Of a stretch of DNA of 64,000 nucleotides, positions 31,588 through 40,936 are shown piece after piece. The stretch comes from Alphaproteobacteria bacterium. GTDB taxonomy: Bacteria; Pseudomonadota; Alphaproteobacteria; MPNO01; UBA830. The notes below the pieces were generated by a model. It was given only the letters and a program-made list of their open reading frames with translations, was not told the DNA's origin and searched no databases. Within the stretch, counting starts at the first letter, position 1. The number at the start of each line of letters is the position of its first letter. A program made the position numbers and the translations under genes. The DNA lies in the NCBI GenBank assembly GCA_964291215.2, contig OZ219790.1, positions 1-64,000 on the forward strand, read 5' to 3'.

Positions 31588-33618
31588 CTAGGCGCCGAAA
31601 ACGAAGTCGAAGTCGTCGATGGTCAGGGAGCCCATGCTGGTGTCGAGCAGTGTGATGGTGTCTCCCGCATTGCCGTAGCCGATGACGGTATCGCGGCCGT
31701 CCTGGCGGATCTTCAGCGACTCGAAAGCGGCTTCGTCCGAGGTGTCGCCCGAAACGTTGAGATGAAGCTCGATTTTATCCGTCCACCCATTGGCCAGGGC
31801 CTTCTTCTCGGCCGCAACGTGATCTTCGTAAGTGGGCAAGTATCCGTCGCTGCCACTGAACCCGAAGCCGAAATCCTCGATCGTGTCCTGCCCGTCGCCC
31901 TCGTGGAACACGAAGGTCTCGGCCCCCCAGCTGCTCCCCATGGTGTCGTTGCCCTTGCCGCCAACCACGGTGTCGTCACCCCAGCTGCAGTGTATGGTGT
32001 CGTTGCCGGCCCCGCCGTAGATCTCGTCATCGCCCCAGCTGCCGTCCAGGGTGTCGTCGCCGGCCCCGCCGTGGAGGATATCGTCGCCCCAGCTACCTTT
32101 CAGGGTATCGTCGCCGGCCCCGCCGTGGAGGATATCGTCGCCCCAGCTACCTTTCAGGGTATCGTCGCCGGCATAGCCGTAGATGCATGCGTCCTCCCAG
32201 AAGCCTCTCAGGGTGTCGGCGCCGCTGGTGCCGTGGAGAGTGACGACGCAGTCGTGAATGCCGTCGCTGAAGATGTTCCCGATATCGAGAGGGTTGCCGC
32301 CGTCGTTGTCGTCATCCCTATCGTCCTCAACGTCGAGCGGACCATCGCCCGAAATGCCCGGGACCGTGTCCCCGCCGCCGTCATTGTTGGCATTCGGGTT
32401 GCCGCCGTCGTTGTCGTCATCCCTATCGTCCTCAACGTCGAGCGGACCATCGCCCGAAATGCCCGGGACCGTGTCCCCGCCGCCGTCATTGTTGGCATTC
32501 GGGTCGCCGCCGTCATTGTTGGCATTCGGGTCGCCGCCGTCGTTGTTGGCATTCGGATCGCCGCCGTCGTTGTCGCTCGTACTGGCGCCGTACACGACCG
32601 TTTCACTGCCGCCAGCAGGCAGGATGAAGTCGTTCGCATCCAGGCTGTCTGCCGACACGCCCGACAGCGTGATGGTATCGCCGGCGTTGCCGTAGCGAAT
32701 GACGGTATCGGCGCCGTCCTGCTCGATGACCAGCGCCTCGAACCCGCCGGTCACGCCATCAAGGCGGATCTCGTCGCCCGCCCCGAAATCGGTGATCGTG
32801 TCGGCGCCGTCTCCTGCCTCGAACACGAAGGTGTCGTCGCCGCGGCCACCCGTCAGCGTATCGTCGCCCGCGCCGCCGATCAGCGTGTCGGAGCCCTTGC
32901 CGCCCCTCAGCGTATCGTCGCCCGCGCCGCCTTTCAGCGTGTCGGAGCCCTTGCCGCCCCGAAGGGTGTCGCCGCCATCACCACCTGTCAGCGTGTCATC
33001 ATCCATGCCGCCCTTCAGGGTGATCCCGTCGCTGCCGCCCGTCTGCGTGCTCTCGCCGGGGCCCTTCGGCGCATCGCCGGACGTGCCGTCCGGCGGCGCA
33101 CTCTGTGCAAGAGCGTCCTCGTCGCCATCTTCTGGCGGAACCGTCTCCACGGGCAGAAACCGGAAGTCGTCCGCGCCCAGGGAGGTCGCCGTCACGTACT
33201 CCAGCGTGATCTTGTCGCCATCACCGTAGCGGATGACGGTATTGGAGCCTTCCTGCTCGATCACCAGATCCCCGAAACCGCCGGGCACGCCGGCGATCTC
33301 GATGATGTCGCCGGCCTCGAAACCGGTGATGCGGTCGGCGCCGTCCCCGACCGCGAACACGAAGGTGTCCGCCCCCATGCCGCCATAGAGGTAGTCGTTG
33401 CCTCGGCCGCCGGTCAGCGTGTCGTCGCCCTGACCGCCGAACAGGCTGTCGATGCCGTCACCCCCCTCGAGCGTGTCGTCCCCGTTGCCGCCATACAGCG
33501 TGTCGACACCGCCGCCGCCGGACAGCGTGTCGTCGCCAAGGCCGCCATCCAGCGTGTCATCGCCGATACCACCCGTCAGTGTGTCGTCGCCGGCCCCGCC
33601 GGTTTGCTCGATAGCCAT
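31588..33618 (-). CDS. RTX/hemolysin-type Ca-binding repeat protein (676 aa)
   Basis: Many GGxGDDTL nonamers in three blocks, each followed by DTFVF..G.D.ITDF..DTVIRYG; GGGAG RBS before MAIEQ. Confidence 0.9.
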   Translation of the reverse strand: MAIEQTGGAGDDTLTGGIGDDTLDGGLGDDTLSGGGGVDTLYGGNGDDTLEGGDGIDSLFGGQGDDTLTGGRGNDYLYGGMGADTFVFAVGDGADRITGFEAGDIIEIAGVPGGFGDLVIEQEGSNTVIRYGDGDKITLEYVTATSLGADDFRFLPVETVPPEDGDEDALAQSAPPDGTSGDAPKGPGESTQTGGSDGITLKGGMDDDTLTGGDGGDTLRGGKGSDTLKGGAGDDTLRGGKGSDTLIGGAGDDTLTGGRGDDTFVFEAGDGADTITDFGAGDEIRLDGVTGGFEALVIEQDGADTVIRYGNAGDTITLSGVSADSLDANDFILPAGGSETVVYGASTSDNDGGDPNANNDGGDPNANNDGGDPNANNDGGGDTVPGISGDGPLDVEDDRDDDNDGGNPNANNDGGGDTVPGISGDGPLDVEDDRDDDNDGGNPLDIGNIFSDGIHDCVVTLHGTSGADTLRGFWEDACIYGYAGDDTLKGSWGDDILHGGAGDDTLKGSWGDDILHGGAGDDTLDGSWGDDEIYGGAGNDTIHCSWGDDTVVGGKGNDTMGSSWGAETFVFHEGDGQDTIEDFGFGFSGSDGYLPTYEDHVAAEKKALANGWTDKIELHLNVSGDTSDEAAFESLKIRQDGRDTVIGYGNAGDTITLLDTSMGSLTIDDFDFVFGA
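32291..32572. repeat. Intragenic tandem repeats: 2 x 105 bp plus about 3 x 27 bp
   Basis: 32291-32395 duplicated at 32396-32500, followed by DPNANNDGG units. Confidence 0.9.
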
Positions 33619-33652
33619 TGCAATACACTCCCGATTTCTTTCAAGGTGGTAC

Positions 33653-33681
33653 ATTCTACCCCCCCCCCCCCCCATCATCAA
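33653..33681 (-). promoter_or_regulatory. Sigma70-like promoter with G15 tract in the spacer
   Basis: Minus strand TTGATG-AT(G)15-TAGAAT, 17-bp spacer, 34 bp upstream of the RTX start codon. Confidence 0.75.
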
Positions 33682-33789
33682 GCAAGTCGAGAAATTTTTT
33701 TGCCTGTTCGACCGCAGGAGATGGTGGGCGGTCTTGTGTTCCGGCGTGTTCGGTTGTCCGGCTGCCGGGGTCCGGCGCACTTGACTGGC

Positions 33790-34020
33790 AGCAGGCGCGA
33801 CAGCGTTCCGCGCCGCCTCACGTTCCAACCCGCATCGTCCATGCTCTCAAGTTCGCCCGGGTGCGGCGGGTTCTACATCGGACCGACGCGATCGCCAGCA
33901 ACATCGTTCATGGTCATCGCTCCCTTTCTGTCAGCGACAGTCGATCAGGTCCACGGCCTCGCCGTCCTCGAAGCGGAACACCACGCGCCATTTGTCGGAA
34001 ACGCTACACTGGCCCGTACG
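33790..34020 (-). pseudogene. higBA remnant of element A
   Basis: WRVVFRFEDGEAVDLID identical to 40945-41000; deleted higA fragments. Confidence 0.8.
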
Positions 34021-34033
34021 GCCGCTGACGTTA

Positions 34034-34289
34034 CAGGCCGGGCAAATGACGCTGCCGATGAACGGGACAGCGTACATTGCACCATTCCCTCGTGCTTCCT
34101 GTAGCGCCGCCCGGAAGCCGCGCGGCGGTTCGCAGGATTGTCTCTGCAAGTGCGCGGCGGGCGCTGCCGCTCAAGCGCCGCTCGGGCTGAATGCCGATGA
34201 CACAACGGCTTGCATCGCCCGACGGGTTGAGCGGTCAGGAAGCGCGATTGCAACACTCTTCTCGGCGTGGTGGTTTTCACACCCGACGC
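34034..34289. repeat. Conserved right end of element A
   Basis: Collinear high-identity copy at 41320-41573. Confidence 0.9.
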
Positions 34290-34469
34290 GCCAAGGGCGC
34301 AAATCCCGCCAGCGCCCGCCATCGCATGAACGGGCAGAAACCCCTGTGACGACAGGGCCTTATGGCCCGTCCCGTCCCGCACCGCCGCGCGGCTTCCCCG
34401 ACGAAACGCCGCCGCGGCTGCTTCCTGCATTACCGCTCAGCCGCGCGGCCCGAACAGGGAGCCGCGATC

Positions 34470-36845
34470 ATGGCCGAAAGGTCCACCTTCGCCCGGCGCG
34501 TCCGCGCCGCCAAACCCCGAACAACGGGGTACGAAATCCGCGACGATGTCGTGAGCGGACTCGCGCTGACGATCCAGCCTACCGGAGTCCGGACCTTCTT
34601 CCTCGCCCGCATGGTGCGCGGGCGCAGGCGCTACGCCACCATCGGCAGCGCCGAGGCCATCCCAGAGGCGCGGCGCGAGGCCCGCAGGCTCATCGCCAGC
34701 TATCCGGCGAAGACGGACAACGGACCCCGCACGCCGGGACACCCGATGGACGCCTTCGCCGCCGAGTTCCTCGACCGGCAGGCCCGGCACTGGAAGCCCT
34801 GGACCCTGGAGACCAACGCCTGCATGGTCCGCAACCATATCCTGCCCGCCTTCGGTCATATGACCGTGGACGCCATCACGGTCGAACAGGTTCGGGACTG
34901 GTTCGCCTCCCTGAGCGACCGGCCCGGCATCGCCAACCGCGCCATGCCGGTGCTGTCCATGATGATGCGCATGGCCGAGCTCTGGGGATACCGCGCCCAT
35001 AACTCAAATCCCTGCAGTAACACCAGGCGATACCGGATGCAGGCGAAGGAGCGGTTCCTGACCGCCGACGAGATGGCCCGGCTCAACGCCGTGCTGACCC
35101 GCGACGAGTTCTGGTGCCCGCATATCGTCGCCGTCATTCGTTTGCTGATGCTGACCGGCTGCCGCTTCAGCGAGATCGCCTCCCTCGAATGGGACTGGAT
35201 CAGGGACAAGCGCATCCACCTTCCCGACTCGAAATCCGGGCCGCGCACGGTCTGGCTGTCGGACGCCGCGCGCGCCGTCATCGACGCCATCCCCCGATAT
35301 AGCGCGGATTGCCCCTATCTCTTTCCCGCCCGTCCGCCGACGCGGCCCATCGACAACATTGCCTTCCGGTGGGACCGCATCCGCAACGAGGCCGGATTGC
35401 CCGGACTGCGCCTTCATGACCTGCGGCATACGTGGGCCTCGGTCGCCGCCATGAACGACGTGGACATGGTGACCGTCGCCAGGCTGCTCGGTCACGCCCT
35501 GGTCGAGACCACCGAACGCTACGTCCATCTCTCCGACCAATCCGTCGCCGACGCCGCCGACCGGGTATCGAACCGCATCCATGCGGCCCTGGCCGGAAGG
35601 GAGGAAGGAAGCGGGCGGGCGCCCTGCGTCCGACCCAGGCTGACATCCATCCCAAGGGAGCCCTCGGCCATGTCCACATTTGACCTCACGCCGCGCCTTG
35701 CCCGCGAGGCCAGGTCCAACGGCAAGGACACCATCCTGTTCGACAGGACGCTCGCCGGTTTCGGGCTGCGTATCCATCCCTCGGGCCGCAAGGTCTGGAT
35801 CGTCCAGGCCCGCATCGAGGGGCGGAGCCGCCGTATCGTCATTGCCCGGCACGGCGAGATGGAGTTGGCCCAAGCCCGCCGCCGCGCCCGCGACATGCTC
35901 GCGCGCATCCGTGCGGGCGAGAACCCGGCCGACGACATCCGAAGTGAAAGGGAGACCCCGACCTTCCGGCAGTTCGCGAACGAGTATCTGCGGCGCTGCG
36001 AACCGCTCTGGAAGCCCTCCGGGCGCAGGACAGTGCGCATCTATCTCAAGGCCCGCATCCTGCCCGCTTTCGGCGGCATGCCGGTGGACCGTGTCGGACC
36101 CGAGGATGTCGCCGCGTGGTTCGACGCGGCGAGCAGGGACAAGCCCGGCGCGGCCAATCGCGCCTTCGAGATATTGCGCGCGATGATGTTCCGGGCCGAG
36201 GAATGGGGATTGCGCGAACGCGGCTCAAACCCCTGTCTCGGCATCGCCAGGAACCCGGCGAAGAAGGTTGCCCGGTTCCTCGACGCGGAAGAGCTGGCCC
36301 GGCTCGGGCGCGCGCTCGACGACCACCAGGACCGATGGCCCGAGGCCGTCGCCGCCATCCGCCTGCTGGCGCTTACCGGCTGCCGCCGCAGCGAGGTGCT
36401 CAACCTGCGCTGGCGCAACATTGGCGCGGACGCCTTGAACCTCGGCGATTCGAAAACCGGCCCGCGCGCCGTGCCGCTCGGCGAGGCCGCGCGGGCGCTC
36501 ATCGAGGCGCTGCCCGGCCTCCGCGACCAGGACGCGTTCCTGTTCCCGCGCCATGCCGAAGGCCGGGGCGCCAGCAGCCTCGCGACCTGCTGGCGCACGG
36601 TCTGCGAGGATGTCAGGCTCGGCAGGGTCCGCCTGCACGACCTGCGCCACACCGCAGCGAGCCACGCCGTCATGGCGGGCGAAAACCTGCCCCTGGTCGG
36701 CAAGCTGCTCGGCCACCGCAGGCATCGTACGACGGCAGGCTACGCCCACCTCGCCGATACCCATCTCGTCGAGGCGGCGGAAAAAGTCGGGAACATCATT
36801 GCGCAGGCGATGGCTTACAGCCATCGTTCGCAATCCTTGTCGTAA
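34470..36845 (+). CDS. Two tyrosine recombinases in one ORF (791 aa; internal start 35670)
   Basis: Two arm-binding domains and two R..HxLRH..LGH..Y sets; no stop in the linker; AAGGGAG before the second ATG. Confidence 0.88.
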   Translation: MAERSTFARRVRAAKPRTTGYEIRDDVVSGLALTIQPTGVRTFFLARMVRGRRRYATIGSAEAIPEARREARRLIASYPAKTDNGPRTPGHPMDAFAAEFLDRQARHWKPWTLETNACMVRNHILPAFGHMTVDAITVEQVRDWFASLSDRPGIANRAMPVLSMMMRMAELWGYRAHNSNPCSNTRRYRMQAKERFLTADEMARLNAVLTRDEFWCPHIVAVIRLLMLTGCRFSEIASLEWDWIRDKRIHLPDSKSGPRTVWLSDAARAVIDAIPRYSADCPYLFPARPPTRPIDNIAFRWDRIRNEAGLPGLRLHDLRHTWASVAAMNDVDMVTVARLLGHALVETTERYVHLSDQSVADAADRVSNRIHAALAGREEGSGRAPCVRPRLTSIPREPSAMSTFDLTPRLAREARSNGKDTILFDRTLAGFGLRIHPSGRKVWIVQARIEGRSRRIVIARHGEMELAQARRRARDMLARIRAGENPADDIRSERETPTFRQFANEYLRRCEPLWKPSGRRTVRIYLKARILPAFGGMPVDRVGPEDVAAWFDAASRDKPGAANRAFEILRAMMFRAEEWGLRERGSNPCLGIARNPAKKVARFLDAEELARLGRALDDHQDRWPEAVAAIRLLALTGCRRSEVLNLRWRNIGADALNLGDSKTGPRAVPLGEAARALIEALPGLRDQDAFLFPRHAEGRGASSLATCWRTVCEDVRLGRVRLHDLRHTAASHAVMAGENLPLVGKLLGHRRHRTTAGYAHLADTHLVEAAEKVGNIIAQAMAYSHRSQSLS

Positions 36846-36890
36846 AGTCATGAAACTGTGTCCTGATCTACACGTTATGATACATTCGTC

Positions 36891-37703
36891 TTACCGAGGC
36901 AAGTCATAATACCAATTCACGTTCTGGGAGCTAACCATAACAACCCGATCCCAGAAGTCGAAATCCTGATCCCGGACAAACGACAATTCATGCTCCGAAA
37001 GCATCTGCATTGGCGCGAGGCAAACGTGGTCAACGAGAATAAGCCACCAGCTTTCATATGCTCCAATCTTTTTCTGTTCGCGAATTTTTTTCGACTTTTC
37101 ACGAATTATGTTTTGGGCGCTTATTTTCATTTCGTCAGCTACGATAATACCTTTCCCATCCGACACATTTGACACGAAGAACTTTTCCGGGCTATGAGGA
37201 ACCTCTGTCAGATCAAGGCAAATGCCGCATTCCAGACAGAGATGAGGATACCCAATCTCATCCAAACTTTGTTCGGCGTGCCTGCTGGAATCGAAGTGCC
37301 TTGCCCACATGCCTTTAATCACACTGTCGTCATATGGCTTCAAGAGTGGCTCCAGCGCATCCGATATTTGGGTTTTAACTGTCCTGCGATTTGGTAGCCG
37401 CACGGAGAAGTCGTACTCGCAATCGATGTTCCAACTCCGTCCTTCATTTCCGGGTGACCCAAGTTGCTCAATTGTTTTTTTGATCTGATCTGTCAGCGGT
37501 ATCCGTACCTCCTCTTCTCCCTTGGAATGGTTGTCAGAGCCACCGTTTATCCTTTGGTTTAGCCGAGTCACTTCCACCGCCAATTTCCCATCCACAACGA
37601 AATCAGGCGGATTGTTGCACTGCTTCCGAATATCACCGTATCCTTGGGCTTTCAACCACTTCTGGGCAATGACTTCATCGTCGTTTTGGCGCTGCCTGCT
37701 CAT
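36891..37703 (-). CDS. Hypothetical low-GC protein, putative PD-(D/E)xK-fold nuclease
   Basis: PPDFVVDGKLAVEVT motif; visibly AT-richer than its flanks. Confidence 0.55.
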   Translation of the reverse strand: MSRQRQNDDEVIAQKWLKAQGYGDIRKQCNNPPDFVVDGKLAVEVTRLNQRINGGSDNHSKGEEEVRIPLTDQIKKTIEQLGSPGNEGRSWNIDCEYDFSVRLPNRRTVKTQISDALEPLLKPYDDSVIKGMWARHFDSSRHAEQSLDEIGYPHLCLECGICLDLTEVPHSPEKFFVSNVSDGKGIIVADEMKISAQNIIREKSKKIREQKKIGAYESWWLILVDHVCLAPMQMLSEHELSFVRDQDFDFWDRVVMVSSQNVNWYYDLPR

Positions 37704-37737
37704 TTCAAACTCCGTATTGCGGCCTGTTTTGCCCAAG

Positions 37738-40566
37738 TCACCTTGAGGCTGATCCGCGCACCCGATGCCTGGAGCGTCGTTTCGGTTGCCGGCGCATGAC
37801 AGTATCCAGAGGCACGCGCATGCTCTCATACAGCATGAACAGGTGCTCGACGCGTTCGCGCTCGGAGGAGAACCGCCTCTGCCGGTATAGCCGGTCCACC
37901 GCTCGGTCGAGGCGCGTGTGGGCGCGGCGGAGGGTTGGAGGCATGAGATCGGGGTCGTAGATGTCCGCCAGGGTTGCGTCCGGGTGGGCGGCACGGGCGT
38001 CGAGGACGGCCTGGGCCAGCGGCTCCAGATTCGACAACAGGTCCGCCTCGCCGGAAGCGAAGCCGGGCGGGGTCGGGAAGGTGTTATAGACGAGACCGAT
38101 GGAATAACGGTAATCGCTCTTGAGCCGCCCACCGACATGGCGCAACCATGCCATGTGCATCGCCGAGGTGAGCAGTGCGAAGTCGGTCAGGGTCGCGTTT
38201 TCCAGAACGCGGACGAGGTTGCTGGGAATCGTTGGAGGCTCCAGCCAGCCGATGGGCGCGTATTCTCGCCGCTCCGAACTGACCTCGGGGATCACCAGGA
38301 ACGGCGAGGTGGGGATGACGTTGACATGGTAGAGCGTCGGTGTCGTCGCGAGTTTGCGTGTCGGCGCGCTCTTGCTGGCCTCGCGGTAGGAGCGAACGGC
38401 AGCGATCCGCTTACGGACGCGCGGCAACTGCGCCAGCACCCCGGGCGATGTGTCTTGCAAGGCCAGAATCCACCGCTCGCCGCCTTGCAGATACTCGCGA
38501 GCGCCGACATAGGGGCGCAAATATGGCGCGGCGTCCGGTTCCGCTTCCAATAGTTCGGCGCGTTCCGCCGCGTCGAAGATGTAGTTGCCGCCGTCAATGG
38601 GCTTGGAGCCGATGATCAGTCGTCCCATCCCGTTGATCGGCGCGCTTTCCTCCCGCACCACCAGATGCGGGTCCGACAGCCCGCCCGCATCGAACAGATA
38701 GGGTGACAGCGCCCCGTGGCGGCTTTCCTCCGGGTCGCCGCTGATGTCGGGATAGCTGAACAGGCGCTTTTCGGCCGGCGCGTCCTCCCGGCGGTCGAGG
38801 CCGAGGATGACGACATGCACATGCGCCCTGCCGCGCGCATCCGATCCCCATGCGAAGGTCCGGTGCGCGAACGCAATCTCCAGCTTGCCGCGCCCGAACA
38901 GCACCGGCCATAGCTGCGCGACCTGCTCGCCCTGGGTGATCGAGTTGGTCGCGACGAAGCCGACCCGGGCTTCGCCGCCCTGCACATACTTCCCTGCCTT
39001 GATGAACCATGCGGCGACATAATCGAGCGTGCCGCCGCTCTTGCCGAGGGCCGCGACCCCGCGCACCTGCGCACGCTGATCCGGCGTCTGGTACTTCGCG
39101 CCGACGAACGGCGGATTGCCCAGCACGAACGAACACTCGCCCGGCGGCAGCAATTCGGACCAGTCGGTTTCCAGCGCGTCGCCGTGGACGATCTGCGGCG
39201 ACTTCTCGAGCGGGATACGCGCGTAGCTCCGGCCGAACTCCAGACTCAGCCGGTTGTTCATGATGTGGTCCATCATCCACAACGCGGTCTCCGCGATCCG
39301 GGTCGGGAACTCGCCAAGCTCGATCCCGTGAAACTGGTCCACCTCCACCACCGACTGCCATGCGGTGTCGAGCACTGCCTGCCCGGTCGCCGCCGTCGCC
39401 TCCCGAATCTCGCGAATGACCTCGATTTCCAGCAGCCGCAATTCCCGGTAGGCGATGATGAGGAAGTTGCCGCAGCCGCACGCCGGGTCGAAAAACGTCA
39501 GGCGGCCGAGCTTCGCCTGGAACTGGCGCAGCGCCGCGAGGCGGCCCCGGCGCGCTTTCACCCGCCCGAACTCCGCGCGCAGGTCGTCCATGAACAGCGG
39601 CTCCATCACCTTGAGGATGTTCTTCTCGGTCGTGTAGTGCGCCCCTTGGGCGCGGCGCTCCGCCGGGTCCATCACCGACTGGAACAGCGCACCGAAGATC
39701 GCGGGAGAGATGTTCGACCAGTCGAAGCGGCAGGCGTCCAGCAACGCCCCGCGCATCGCCGTGTCGAACGAGAAGGTCCGCAGATGCCCCTCGAACAGGT
39801 CGCCGTTGACATAGGGAAAACGCGCCAGGTCCTCGTCGAGCGTCGCAGCGCGCTCGTCCTCCGGCGTATCGAGCACCTCGAACAGTTGCGCGAGCCACGG
39901 TCCGAGATCGGCCCCGTCCTCGCCGGTGCGCGTTTCGATGAAGTCGAGGAAGATGTCGCGCGGCTCGAACACCCCGGTGTCGTCGGCGAACATGCAAAAC
40001 ACTACCCGCACAAGGAAGCGTTCCAGATCGTGGCCCCCGTGTCCGGCACCGGCGAGCGCGTCGTGCAGCCGCCCGACCAGCTCGGCGGCTTCGATGTTCG
40101 CCGGGTCCTGGTCCCGGAACGTCCGGCGCTGCACGCCCAGGATGAAGCCGAACGACTCGACATGCGCGGGCAGGTCCGCCAGCGGGAAGACAACGGTCCC
40201 CCGCTCGTCGAGATCATGAAGCTCGAAGGTCCGGAAGTCGCTCACCAGGATGAAGCGCGGGCGCTCGCGGTCCGGCAGCGCGTCGAAATACTCCCCGGCC
40301 TGTTCGTACGCTCTCCGGAGATCGCGCCCGGCGCTCTTCTGCTCGACGATGAGCACGCCCGGCCAGAACAGGTCGATGAAGCCCGAACGGTTGTCCAGCT
40401 TGGAGACGTGCTGCTCGTAGCGCGCGACGTTGCGCCGCCGCACGCCGAACACGTCGAAGAAGGCGTTGTAGAAGCTCTGCGTCTCGCCCTTCTCATAGGC
40501 CGCATCGCACCACTCTTCGGCGAAGGCCGCCGCCCGCGCCCGCACCTCGTTCCACGACAGACGCAT
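37738..40566 (-). CDS. MmeI-like type IIL restriction-modification enzyme
   Basis: GFIDLFWPGVLIVEQKS nuclease, GAHYT, FFDPACGCGNF, GNPPF, GRLKSDYRYS, TLADIYDPDLMP. Confidence 0.92.
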   Translation of the reverse strand: MRLSWNEVRARAAAFAEEWCDAAYEKGETQSFYNAFFDVFGVRRRNVARYEQHVSKLDNRSGFIDLFWPGVLIVEQKSAGRDLRRAYEQAGEYFDALPDRERPRFILVSDFRTFELHDLDERGTVVFPLADLPAHVESFGFILGVQRRTFRDQDPANIEAAELVGRLHDALAGAGHGGHDLERFLVRVVFCMFADDTGVFEPRDIFLDFIETRTGEDGADLGPWLAQLFEVLDTPEDERAATLDEDLARFPYVNGDLFEGHLRTFSFDTAMRGALLDACRFDWSNISPAIFGALFQSVMDPAERRAQGAHYTTEKNILKVMEPLFMDDLRAEFGRVKARRGRLAALRQFQAKLGRLTFFDPACGCGNFLIIAYRELRLLEIEVIREIREATAATGQAVLDTAWQSVVEVDQFHGIELGEFPTRIAETALWMMDHIMNNRLSLEFGRSYARIPLEKSPQIVHGDALETDWSELLPPGECSFVLGNPPFVGAKYQTPDQRAQVRGVAALGKSGGTLDYVAAWFIKAGKYVQGGEARVGFVATNSITQGEQVAQLWPVLFGRGKLEIAFAHRTFAWGSDARGRAHVHVVILGLDRREDAPAEKRLFSYPDISGDPEESRHGALSPYLFDAGGLSDPHLVVREESAPINGMGRLIIGSKPIDGGNYIFDAAERAELLEAEPDAAPYLRPYVGAREYLQGGERWILALQDTSPGVLAQLPRVRKRIAAVRSYREASKSAPTRKLATTPTLYHVNVIPTSPFLVIPEVSSERREYAPIGWLEPPTIPSNLVRVLENATLTDFALLTSAMHMAWLRHVGGRLKSDYRYSIGLVYNTFPTPPGFASGEADLLSNLEPLAQAVLDARAAHPDATLADIYDPDLMPPTLRRAHTRLDRAVDRLYRQRRFSSERERVEHLFMLYESMRVPLDTVMRRQPKRRSRHRVRGSASR

Positions 40567-40603
40567 CAGTCAGACCCGACCGCACCGACGGCGGAAGCCT
40601 CGA

Positions 40604-40927
40604 TCATGCGTACAACGCACCCGCACGCCGTCCGGCGGCAACCCGGTCCCGGCGCGCCTGTGCAAGCTCGTAGCTCGCCTGCATCCGCATCCAGTGTTCG
40701 GCGGTTCCCCAGCCGATATCCTCCAGCGCCAGCGCCATTTTGGCCGACACCCCCGCCTTGCCGTTCAGCAGGCGCGACAGCGTTCCGCGCTCGCAACCGA
40801 GCCGAGCCGCCGTACCGGTCACGTTCCAGCCCACATCGTCCATGCTCTCGCGGATCAGTTCGCCCAGGTGCGGCGGGTTCCGCATCGGACCGACGCGCTC
40901 GTTTTCAATGTCGTTCATGGTCAGCAC
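40604..40927 (-). CDS. higA: HigA antitoxin
   Basis: NPPHLGELI, HTH, LSRLLNGKAGVS..MAL, WMRMQASY. Confidence 0.9.
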   Translation of the reverse strand: MLTMNDIENERVGPMRNPPHLGELIRESMDDVGWNVTGTAARLGCERGTLSRLLNGKAGVSAKMALALEDIGWGTAEHWMRMQASYELAQARRDRVAAGRRAGALYA

Positions 40928-40936
40928 CCCATTCGG

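Larger units (their letters stand above)
26167..34289 (+). mobile_element. Integrative element A (dual tyrosine recombinase, decayed)
   Basis: Bounded by CGACGC at 26161-26166 and 34284-34289; left end, recombinases, higBA remnant and right end all match element B. Confidence 0.82.

Noticed and set aside
32291-32572. Possible CRISPR array
   Set aside because: Repeats are contiguous, in-frame coding units without unique spacers; no cas genes
31528-34104. 858-aa plus-strand ORF
   Set aside because: Antisense shadow of the repetitive RTX gene; no motifs of its own
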